64,000 nucleotides of DNA, from assembly GCF_030684315.1 (NCBI RefSeq), contig NC_081364.1, forward strand, positions 12,925,286 through 12,989,285, given 5' to 3'. Made by a program: the position numbers and the translations under genes. Position 1 is the first letter of the stretch, and the number at the start of each line of letters is the position of its first letter. Origin of the DNA: Stegostoma tigrinum (lineage: Eukaryota). Below, piece by piece: positions 11,440 through 23,000 of this stretch. The notes below the pieces were generated by a model. The model was not told where the DNA came from. It did no database searches and was given only the letters and a program-made list of their open reading frames with translations.

Positions 11440-12878
11440 AGTCAAGTCAAAAATCATGGCACCAGGATATAGTCTAACAGGTTTATTTGAAATCACAAGC
11501 TTTCAGAGTCTCATTCCTTCACGTGTCAGAGAGAGAGGTGGCATCAGACACAGAATTTATACGCAAAGGATCAAAGGATTATAGAACTGATGCAAATGTG
11601 TTGAACAAACCTAAAATGGCTGTTATGTCTTTAATCAGGTTAAAAAATCACATGACACCAAATGATAGTCCAATAGGTTTATTTGAAAATGAAAGCTTTT
11701 GGGTCCACCCCAGTCCAACACCAGCATCTTCACATCAAATCGTTAATCAGTTACAAAGGACTAATATGCAAATTCCACAATTTCTCTCAAGTCACTGCCC
11801 TGTGATTTCAGTTCCCACAATGTACATCCTAGGTCAGACAGTGCAGTTTAGGTGTGAGGCCTTTGTTTAGGATGTGGCTGTATATCAACTTGGAAGTCAA
11901 ACTGGCTTTATTTCCAAAGCCAGAATGTATAAAATACCACATTGATTGACTACAAATTGTGTGCTTTTTGAACAAAAGAGAATGCATCTGCAATTATAAA
12001 TCTGCGAATGCAAATTCACCCCACAGATTTGTGTGCACACGATGTGTGTGGATGGGCGTGTGAGTGAATGTATGAGACAGGGTGAATAGGTGTGTGTGAC
12101 AGTATAGACCGCAATGCAGTCACCTCTAGTGTGGTGTAAACCCAAGATCCCAGTTGAGGCCGTCCTCATGGGTACCAAACTTGTCCATCAGGCTCTGCAT
12201 TGCTGTGTACCCTGAAGTCCGTCTTGGAGAACGTTTGCCCAAAGATCTAAGGCAGAAAATCCTTGACTGCCAAAGTGCTCCCCAACTGGAAGGGGACATC
12301 CCTGTCTGGTGATTGGTATGCGGGGTTAATTCCTCACAAACACACACACACATGCACAGGGGGTGAATTTGCATTTGCTGATTTGTAATTGCAGATACAT
12401 TCTATTGTGTTCAAAAACAATTTGGTCAATGTGACATTTTATAAATTACCCCTTTGGAAAGAAAACCAGTCTAACTCCAAGTTGATATGTGGCCAGATTC
12501 TAAACAAGGTCTCACACCTGAAATGCATTGTCTGACCTGGGGCATCACCTTTGGTACACAGAGGGAACTATTAAAACCTTGAGTTATTGCAGGGCAGTGA
12601 CTTGAAAGAAATTCTGGAATTTTTCGTATTAATCCTTTCAAACTGATCAAAGATTTAACAGCCATCTTAGGTTTGTTCAATACATTCGCATTAGTTCCAT
12701 GACCCTTTGATCTTTTGCTTTTAAGTTTTGTGTTTGATGCCACTTCTCTCACTGGCACCTGAAGGAGTGAGAATTCAAAAGCTTGTCTCTTCAAATAGAC
12801 CTTTTGGATTATAACATGGTATTGTGAGATTTTTGATCTTGTCCACCCCAGTCCAACATTAGCACCTCCACATCATGA
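11440..12878. mobile_element. Fold-back Penelope-like element (long inverted arms) nested in a CR1 fragment
   Basis: 11450-11640 is the inverse of about 12640-12840, and 11750-12060 of about 12340-12640; the track shows near-identical peptides on opposite strands (11487+ and 12794-). CR1 sequence resumes at about 12880. Confidence 0.65.
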
Positions 12879-15800
12879 CTTATGAAGACAGACTGAGCAG
12901 TTTAGGCCTATACTCTCTGCAGCTTATAACAATGAGAGATCTGATTGAGGTATATAAAGATGCTAAAGGGGATTGACAAAGTAGAAAGGATGCTTCCTCA
13001 TGTGGGGCAATCTAGAACACTTTTACGACAAGCTGATTTCAAGAGAAATTACTTCTCTGAAACTGCTGTGAATTGATGGAATTCACTACCCCAGAGTCTG
13101 GTGAATGCTGGGACATTGAGTAAATTTATGGAGTTAGACAGATTTTTAATTAATAATTAGTTGAAGATTTTAGAGAGTGGGTAGGAAAGTGGAGTTGAGA
13201 CCAGCCACGATTGTACGAAATAGTGGAGCAGGCTCAAGGATTGAACTGCCTACTCCTGGTACTAGTTCTTATATTAGTGGTCTGGATGCTATTGTTTATT
13301 GAACAGACGAGTAAGAAAATATTTGAATCAAAATATTTAATCGTGTCACATACTGTACAACAAACGTATATAAATAATCCAATGCATCAATGCCCAAGAT
13401 ATAAACATATATCATTCAGCTTTTTTAAATGACAACTGTACTCAAAACCAGGTTCGTCATTGCAGTGAACCAAATAAATGAACAGGCTGCAAAAGAAGCA
13501 CTGCAACACTATGCAGAACTGTTAAACTATCGGAAGCACAAGTGTGTCAAAAATCAATAGATTTAACAGTGGTGGAAGGCTATGCTAACTGCCACCTGGA
13601 CTGCAAAATGGCTGCAATTAATTCAAGGTGGTCACTTCTTTAATGCATCACATAGGCATCACTTACTATTTCAAGTCCAGAAACTGTAATCCTGTAAACC
13701 TGTAAACCCGGTTTTTGAGTGTGTAGCACAGGCTGCTGTGTGGATGTGACATTGGTGAGAGAATGCCCTTGTTCTGCTTCTCTACAGATTACTAAATATG
13801 CAAAAATTGTGTTTTATATGTTTGACCTTTTATATGGTCCTTTTGCGAACCTGCTTCTCATGCAGCTGTTAAAAGATTCCTTGATTCATCTATTTTTGAT
13901 GTCAAGCAATAAGCATTCAGGACCAAATGAATCAGATGGAAAACCACTGTGAAAAAGTTTCAAATAAAGGGCTTCATACAAACACCCAACACAAATCATA
14001 CCAGAAAATTCACCTAATCTCAAAACAAACAAACAAACATCACTAACGGAGGAAACAAGCCTATGTCATCAAATTCAACCTACAGTTACTATCAATTCCA
14101 AATTCAGTAGCTAAATAGACCTAATCCAAGCACATTTCAGATCCAAAACACAATGTAGGGATGTTTCACTCAAGAAATAAAATCGATTCACTGCCAAGGC
14201 TCACTGGGTAACAGCAGCAGATACTAAATATTATTCATTTCTTTACAGATTGTAATCCCAATGGGCAATTTGAAATCTTTGTACCAGAGCCCATTTAAAC
14301 TCTCAATCTAAAGAAATCTTGATCAAAGTCTAACCTTTCTGGCTAAAGTAGTTCGGGATTAGAGGCCTGAATTGTTGACGTGTTGACTGATAAGATTCTT
14401 TTAAAACATATGGAGACATGGAACTGAAAGGAATTTGATGGATGACATCACTTATTTATTTTACCAGCTGGCTAGAATCAGGCAACACACAAAGTCAAAA
14501 CAGGCCACTTTCTGTGATTTCTTATGTATCTAAGGTGACAATGAAGGAACAGACAGCATTGTTTGATGTACAGTGATAACGTATTAAGTTCCGCTAGAAT
14601 TTCCCAAGTCACCATCGGCATTGGAGGAGCTCATTTATTTCTAGACCAACAGCCTGACCAATGGGATATGTTCTTAGAGATATCTGTTACTCGCACCAAA
14701 TTGAAACAGAGAAACCAGCTGGATAGTCAGAGCAATCCCATACAGAAGTAAAACGCTTTTTAAAAAAAAAACTGCATCCTATTCTGATAACACAAACTAA
14801 AAACCTAAAGTGAAAATCTCACCCAAATCAAGCAATTATTAAAGAATAAAATGCAGTTTTAAACCAACTAAAAACACATTGTTTTTCCAATGTGAAGGAT
14901 AAATTACTTTGATTTCCAATTGTAATGTTAATACAAGATTTAGGAAAGAATTCATGGTTCATAAAAGTTTACATTCTTATTTTTCACCAATTGGTTTTTG
15001 AATAAGTGCTGTTTATATATAGGGCTTTAAAAATATTAGTCCTAAGTTTATACCAACCGAAAAGTTTTAACCTTATTAGACGCACTTGCTACCAAAGACT
15101 TTTAAAGAGGCAGTCTCATCAACAAGGACCTGTCTTTTGAAGAAATCACCAAAGGCACTGCTATTGAAATCAAGAATGGTAAGTAATTAGCCACTGTCCA
15201 CAAAGGACCATTGGCATCTTCTCCCCATTAGAGAAAATTGCTTGTATATAGATGGACGGACACTGTTTGAGGGACACAGTGTGGAGGCAGACATCCTGAC
15301 TTATCACCTGAGAAGAATGATAATTAGATGTTACAGTGAAAGCTCAACACTTGCATAAACAAAGATTGGCTGAAAAACAAATTACTGAGCCTGACAGTTC
15401 AAAGGAGCTGAATGAAAATACAAGATTGTTGAGCCTGCCTCTGTGCTGCTGGCTTTCTTCAGCAATGTTTATTTAGTAGCTGTGTGCACCATTAGGTCAG
15501 GCTTAGGATCCATCCTCTGCCAGTTCCCTCAATGCCATCAGTTGTCATATTGAAAAAAAAATAGAAAAAAGGGAAAACGAAATAAAAAATGGTCATGAGT
15601 AGAGTATAAGAGGTAACCTCTACAAAAGTCATTTCACTTTACTACAGGACTTTAAAAATAAGAGTGTCCTTGATCAGTATGTACATTAAGTGTCTACTAA
15701 AGTAAGAAGTGGAAGCTTACCGGTAAATGGCAATGACCCATTGTCAGGTGGGGATACTGGATACCTCAGTGAATCACAAGAACTGGCTGCTTCTTCTGTA

Positions 15801-16673
15801 TCTTTGTAATATTAAAATGTCAATTAATTCAAACCCTTCCACTAGCTAGGAGTCTTGTGGTGACTGATGTGGTTATCTGCCCCTAAATTGCACACTGATG
15901 TACAAAGTAAATCTACTATTTCATTACTGTGAAAATGTTGCAAATATAAAATCAACTTTGTTCAAAATGATGCTGAAACCTAATAGCCTGTGACAGGAAT
16001 TTGAAGAGTCCAGCTTGACAGTACTGCACCTTGAGTATTTACGCAGTGTTCAGCTGGCATCTGTACTGAGAAGTCACTGGTATATTACAGTCAATAGGCA
16101 GCTCCATGCGTGACTCAAATCGGCAGGTTAATTCAGACCAGGGATTCAGATGATAACAAAGCAAACATAGGAAGCCCTTTACTAGGTGACCATGAACTAA
16201 TTTCTGGGACCAGATTAACTTCAAATCCAACTTCAAATGTAAGTCACTGCTGACGTCAATTCAACATGAAATGGACTGGGACTGGCTCAGGAATTCTTTT
16301 TGCAATTAGATGCTTCAGTACAAGTTTGGATAGTTTCAAAAGCTACAAACTCCTATTTTAAGGCCATTCCAATTTGGCACTAAAAAGTGACACTGTCATT
16401 CAGGGAGGGACACGCTCAAGGAAACAAGAAAATATCACACTTACACAAATAATGGTTGCCTGGCACAGGACAGAGATATACTCTTCACCTAACCCATGCT
16501 ATACTTGACTTGGGGTGTTTGTTGCTGGGTGATTACGGTGTATTCCCTGGTATAAATACCTCACGATCATCAGGTAAAGCCATAGAAATATCTGTTGATA
16601 TTCATAATATGAAATCTGATTTCAATCAAAGTTCTTCTATTCTTTACACTGTCACCTCTTCTTGAGTAAGAGT

Positions 16674-16679
16674 TTTATT
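16674..16679 (-). terminator. Candidate proximal TRAIP polyadenylation signal AATAAA
   Basis: tttatt on plus, about 300 nt past the stop codon. Confidence 0.45.
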
Positions 16680-16977
16680 TAAAACCATGGTGATTTCTCC
16701 TTTTTGAATGCCAATTATTTAAGGCTTTCAGGGATGAGGGTAACATCAGTAGGCTGTCTGGAGTTGAAATGGTTCAATTATTGTGAAGACCAACAAGGCT
16801 TTTTGCGCTTGGGACTGTTGACTTTAACAATCCTGCAGTAGATTTAGCTCGTTTGTCATTTAGTGCAGGCCAGCTGCATTTTTCTAGTTTGGGTTTTGAC
16901 ACTGATGTCAACATTAACATGCTACTGCAGACCTGGCATTCAGTTCAAAGTCAAACTGCATCCCTGAAATTCAAGAA

Positions 16978-17094
16978 TCAAATCAGGAAATCCTCCAACT
17001 TGTGCTGCTTGCAAACAGAAGGCTTGACAGCTGTCCGAGACACTTTCTTCCTCTTTGCCTTTAATGGCAGTGGCCGAACTTCAGTCATTTTGGT
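16978..17094 (-). CDS. TRAIP: TRAIP coding exon 15 (last)
   Basis: TKMTEVRPLPLKAKRKKVSRTAVKPSVCKQHKLEDFLI*; basic patch and PIP box. Confidence 0.92.
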   Translation of the reverse strand, partial: TKMTEVRPLPLKAKRKKVSRTAVKPSVCKQHKLEDFLI

Positions 17095-20000
17095 CTGAAG
17101 GCATGTTAAAGAAAAGTCATTTTTTTAAAAAATATAAGCAACAGTTTAAAAAGCTATTATTCACCCCCTTGTATTTTTGAAATGACACATACACATTTTT
17201 GCCCATCAGGAGAATGAAGTTCTCTGGATTAACAAGTCATGACTACAACACAATCATCCTTAAAATGTAACGGTTAGTATGAATTGTAAAATATTTTAAC
17301 TTATCAACTCGTACTTGTCCCATTGTGGCTGGAGAATATCCAGCATTGACTTCTCTTCACATCCATTCATCATGACTTCTGGCTTCCCAAACGATGCACT
17401 GTTGGTCCTTCCTTCTGATCTATGTCCTACCCTTTAGAGACTGGACCGAGAGAGACAGGCCTTCCCACCTGTCTCACCCTCTCGGTCTGTGTCGACAGTT
17501 TGCTCACTATCCGTACACAGAGGTGCCCAAATTCCCACAAGTTCTGTATCCTCATCACTGATTGCATCCTTCTGCTCCACTGTCCAACTGACCACATTGG
17601 CTACAAAACTGCAAACAATCTGGATACAGAGACAGAAACTTGACTCCTCTCTAGCACAAAACAGGTTGAGCTCCATCTTCATCAGATGCAATATTTTCTG
17701 TCTCTACCTCATTTCACCCAAAAACAATCCAGCAAAAGATACAGGTTCAATAAACTTGGTCCTTCCCCCCATTCCATCGAAGCCGGTCCGCACCTGGGAC
17801 AAGACAAGAGAAATTAACAGTAGCCTGGATTTTGGGTTAAAAATGGTGAGGTTTTTAAGGACTGAACTGAACCCACCTCTGCACATAGCACGGTTAAGTG
17901 CTAAAATCTAAAAGTTTCTGTCCAATTTGCCTTACTCCACAAACTTCACAACATGTACCTCACTGACAGACTCGACATTCAAACAATAAAGGAACATAAA
18001 AGCTTGGCGCTCACCCTCCAGCTGCTCACGAAACATATCAGAGAAAGTGTGCACATACTCATTCAATTGCTAAATACATTTTTGAAAAAAAAGCATGATT
18101 AAATCTTAATTACTAGCAACTTCACTGGTTTGAAGACTAACTTTTAGAATGGAGTCATATTCCTCCAAATTTTAACTATTCCTGAGAATTAAAGTATCTT
18201 AATTTTATATTTCTTCTTACAACACCTCCAATCCCATTTTCCTTGCCCTTGCTATTTTGCTTTCTGTACATCATTGTACACTGAACCAAATATTCCAATG
18301 ACACTTTCTAGTTCAGATTCTGTGTGCTTGATTTTTCAATGTAATTAAAATGAACAGCAAGTGCCTTAATTAGCCATGCAAAATATAAGCCATTACGAGC
18401 GCGGTACACCAACTTAAAAAAAAAACTGAAGAAAACATTGATATCCAGCCTGCTTCTGAACAAAAATGCTGAATTTAACAGGAGGCAGGACACAAAATTA
18501 AGGAATGCTAATTGATGTATGACAATCTCTCTCGGTATAGTCTAACTCAAACAGCCTTTTGGAGATGGTTGACGTAATTTCTTGTGAAAAATAATACCTG
18601 TATTCTAGATACTTTAGGTCAAAATTGTTTGTCTTGATTCCAGGGTGGGTCACTTCAGGTGTTACTCAGACCCACACAGGTGCTCATTCAGAACCGATAA
18701 CCATACAACCTCCATAACCTCTGATCATGCATCTAGGCTGTTACTGCTGCTACCTTGGGTTTTTAATATTTTTTGTTTGGATACTCATCCTGCATAACGT
18801 TAATGATTTTATTATGTAAAAATAAAAATTGCTGAGACAATAATATAAAATTTAGTAAACAGCGCAAGAGCTTAAACTCCTCAGCTCTTCCCACTCCCTG
18901 AATGCCAAACATCTACTGAACGATTATAGAATTTGGGTACAAGTCTAATCGGAAATGGTTAACTTTAACAATAGTACATTGTGACAAAGATGGGCTTTTC
19001 ACAATAGGTCTGAAGGAAGCTGGGCCCAGTTTAGTTCCCACAGCACCTGTGAACAGGAAAGAAACTATCCCCATTACTTACTGATCCTTGGTTCATTTGT
19101 GGAATCAAGAAGCTACCACAACGTTTCTTTTGGAACAGCATTGAGTTTTTGAGGAATGCTGGGAGAATACGATCATCCTCATCATTGTTCATTTTCTTAA
19201 AGATAAAAAGAAGCTTTTTTTAAGGTTTCTGCAATACAGATTCAAATACTTGCTCAAAGCGAAGTCCCCACCATTGCATCACCAGATAAATCCAATCAAA
19301 TTGTCAAACCTAACTCATGTTCGGGTTCATAAATAAAGGCTGAGTTTTCAAATTTAAACTAGATATTTCAGACTTTTATCAAGCTTTTTAAGGACATGCA
19401 TTAGGTTGCACTTCCTTTGCACACAAACATTGCAATAATAACAACTTCAAAGCAGTGCTAAATATAGTAAAATACAGAACACCAGTTTCTATTGGCTGGG
19501 AGGAGGCAGATGTGTCATAGTCCAATTCATCAGAAGAACTGTTTCTGACCTCACCAACCCTTTTGTCTAATATTTGGGTTTACAATAGGTAACATTATCA
19601 TAGGAAGGCTACAATTATTCACAGTGCAAGATTTCATAGTGATTCACATTTGTGTGAATAAACACATATTAAAAGTACACTTGTAAGTGCATAGTTTGAG
19701 TCAAGAAAGACGATCCTGCTGTAATTTTCTACTCACAAAACAGAACAGGCATAGGGGTAAGACTACTGGGTTAGGAATCCAGACACCTGGATTAGTGTTA
19801 ATAAAATTGACGGAATAGTGGACAGGGAAGAAGGTTATCTAAGAATACAAACAGATCTTGATCAATTGGGGCATTAACGAACCAGTTGAGATTTTCTGAT
19901 AATTGATAATGGTTTCTAGGTCATCAGTGGATCCTTAATTCCACACTTTTTTTGCATTGAATTCAAATTCCACCAGCTGCTGTGGCAGAATCTGAACCTG

Positions 20001-23000
20001 ATCCCAGAACATTAGCCGAGTTTCTGGATTAACTGTGCAGTCATAAAACCACTAGGCCATCACCTCCCCTCTAAGCCTGATTAAGTGCCATCTGAAATTG
20101 TTCTGGCAAACCAGATTCAGGGACAGTTAGGGATAAGTATGATTATAGGTATCAACATTCAGATAGATTTGACATATTTTAATGTATATATTTTGGAATT
20201 CTGAATTTCGATTCAGTAGCATATGGGTTTTCTGTGTGATGAGATTTAATGATCAATTTGTAGGTATTTCTGTAAACCTGGTGATTCCTACTGAAACAAA
20301 AGAGATAGTTTGTGGAAGCTCACGAAGGTTTATTTGCCTTGGGAGTGTTCATGAGTCAACATGCCTTAGACTTTCAGATAGAAGACTCTGGAATTAATTT
20401 GGGATTTCGGGGAAATACCCACAGCTTGAGGGGGGAAAAAAAGAACTTGTAATTTCTGTTTGGTAAGCTTGACAGAAGTTGAATTTGTTCTTGATAAGGT
20501 GCTCTTCAGGAAGGGAGGTAGTTTAGGATGGTGAAGAAATTTCATTTGAGATTAGAATATGAACAGACGAGTCCATTGTTGACCGCTAAAGTAAATATTT
20601 AAAGTAGTATGTTATACAATTGCATCAAGAGATGCTTTTTTTTTAAAAAGCATGACACATACAAAATTACATTGGTGGCATGTATTGCATATAGTGACTG
20701 CTCTACATGCTGAATTTAATTCAACTAGAAGCCATCAAAGCTCTTAAGATATGCTACAATTTGACTTTTTTTTTATTCTTTCAAAAGATGTTGACATTGC
20801 TGGCTGGGGCCAGCAATTTTTCTCTACCCTTTTTGCTGTCAAAAAGGTGGTGGTGAACTTTCTTCTCCAACTGCAACAATGTTTGGGGTGTGAGTACTCC
20901 AAAGGAGTTCCACAGTTTCAAACTAATGTCTGTGGAGGAATGATAACATAATTCCAAGTCAGGATGGAGTGCGGCTTTATTGATTATCTTATTTTTACAG
21001 CGTAATGGCTGCTAATGGCCAAACATCCCAAGAGGACTGTCATTGTCCGTGATAAATCATAAACACTCATAATTTTCTCACAATCATTGATAAAAAGGAA
21101 CATCTATGGCTGATATTTGGTGACTGATATTCAAAGTATTACCCTTTTAACATGAAGGTCCAATAAATCTTGTCTCAACACGTTAGTTTCATTTTTGGGG
21201 CCACATGTCAGGTGCAAAACATGTTAATAGTACTTAAATAACCCAATTATCCAAAAACTGGTACTGATCGGCAGGTCCAGGGTGCATATGTATTACAATA
21301 ATGAGATCACTGTGCAATTTCAATGCGTTATACAATTACATGACAATATGACCAATGGAATGCAAGTATATCTCAGAATCTACTTAGACAAGGAACTGAT
21401 CAATACGGAGGTAAATATTGGATGGAAATCCTGATTTTTTTTAAGAAAAAGGTCCTTCAGCCTGGTAAATCTGGAAAATTACTGTTGAAGATTGGACAAT
21501 TCTTAATTTAAAGATCACTAGGCATACTTCATTATTAGGAAGACCAGTGAGGGTGCTAATACAGGGAGTATATTGCCACCCTGTGGGCCCAGCAAAGAGC
21601 GTCGCTGGAGCAGTAACATGATTTGCTGCCAAGTGCTCTCATTGAGCATAGAACCATACTCTCATGCAAGTTCTGCTGTTCATGGAGTAATTATGGCAAA
21701 GGAGGTCATTTGACCCATTGAGTTCATTCCCTGTTACATTCAAAACTTTGATATAATCTTTCGCCTTGTGTTTTCAAATTTCAAAGTAATCACAGGCTTG
21801 TTGATTATTATTAACTGCAGAGTTAAGAGTTATCAGGTGTGATTTCCATGTATTTGTCAAAGGGCACCGATTGATGACAATGCATTTACTGTTGGCTGCA
21901 AAAACAAAAGCAAAATCTGAATGAATGAGTTACCTTTAAAACAATGCTGTACGGAGTTCCAGGTGGTTAAAATTCCTATAATTTGCCTGTTTGTCCTGCA
22001 TTCCAAAAACAATCCTACAATTCAACATATAACCTTGACATACACCTGTACCCCCAATTAGATTACATGGTAATTGCTATTTATTTTTAAAGACAATTTA
22101 ACAAATTCAGTCTTCAAAAGGTAACAATGATACAACTAGGTATGCAAAGATTGTAAGTAAATGCTCACCTTTGATTTGTCCACTGATTTAGTAGACTGAT
22201 TTAACTTTGGTAACCTGTGAAATAGGAGAATAAGGTGGAAAAAAGGCCAAATACAATTAGTGTGCGACATTAAAACAAAAGTAATTTTGGTGTGGCTCAA
22301 ACACTGTCACCTTTCAAAAAGGACTATGCAGTACCTTAGAAAAGCATAACAATCACATTGTCATTAGTTCAATCTGGAGTCTATAGAGCGATGTAGAATA
22401 ATGAATAAAACCTGGTTTCAAATAATCAACTTTCTTCTACGTGTCTATTTTTGTGTTCCTTACGCGTAAGCGGTATTTGCAGAATGCAGATTGACAGTTA
22501 GTTTTAGGGAGGACCAACATAAGGACGGTAGCAAACAGGGAGAAGATATAAATTGTGAAGATGTGCTAGTCTAATAGATTCAAGTGAATGGAAACAGTGG
22601 ATAACTGGTATATAAAGCTAACAAATCTGACACCTGGAATAATGTGAATCCAGCTGACTAAAAGTTAATTTGCTTATGTAAATTGTGTGAAACATCATTA
22701 GATCCATGTTTTTTAAGTAAATATATATAAAACCACAACAACTGAAAGAATTATTAATCTGTTGCATATTCTGAAATGATAAAACCAAACTACTTGAAAC
22801 CCAAATACGTCAGTGACGTAGTCACCAGTTTACTCCCTAAAGATATTCTGACTTTACGTCCTATATGCATTAATGAACTATTTTACCACACTTACCCAGC
22901 AGTGTCTAGTTTTATTTTCTTTGACGAGGTGCTGAGAGATTTTGGAGGAACATGATCAGGGGTATCAAAGTCATATGTCACAGACAGATCAATATCCTCT

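Noticed and set aside
17340-17700. Box C-like TGATGA motifs on minus (snoRNA candidate)
   Set aside because: I could not find a suitably placed box D with a terminal stem.
21934-21987. Exon-like segment with donor aag|gtaact between coding exons 12 and 13
   Set aside because: Contains in-frame stops in phase 0 and is not needed for the TRAIP frame.
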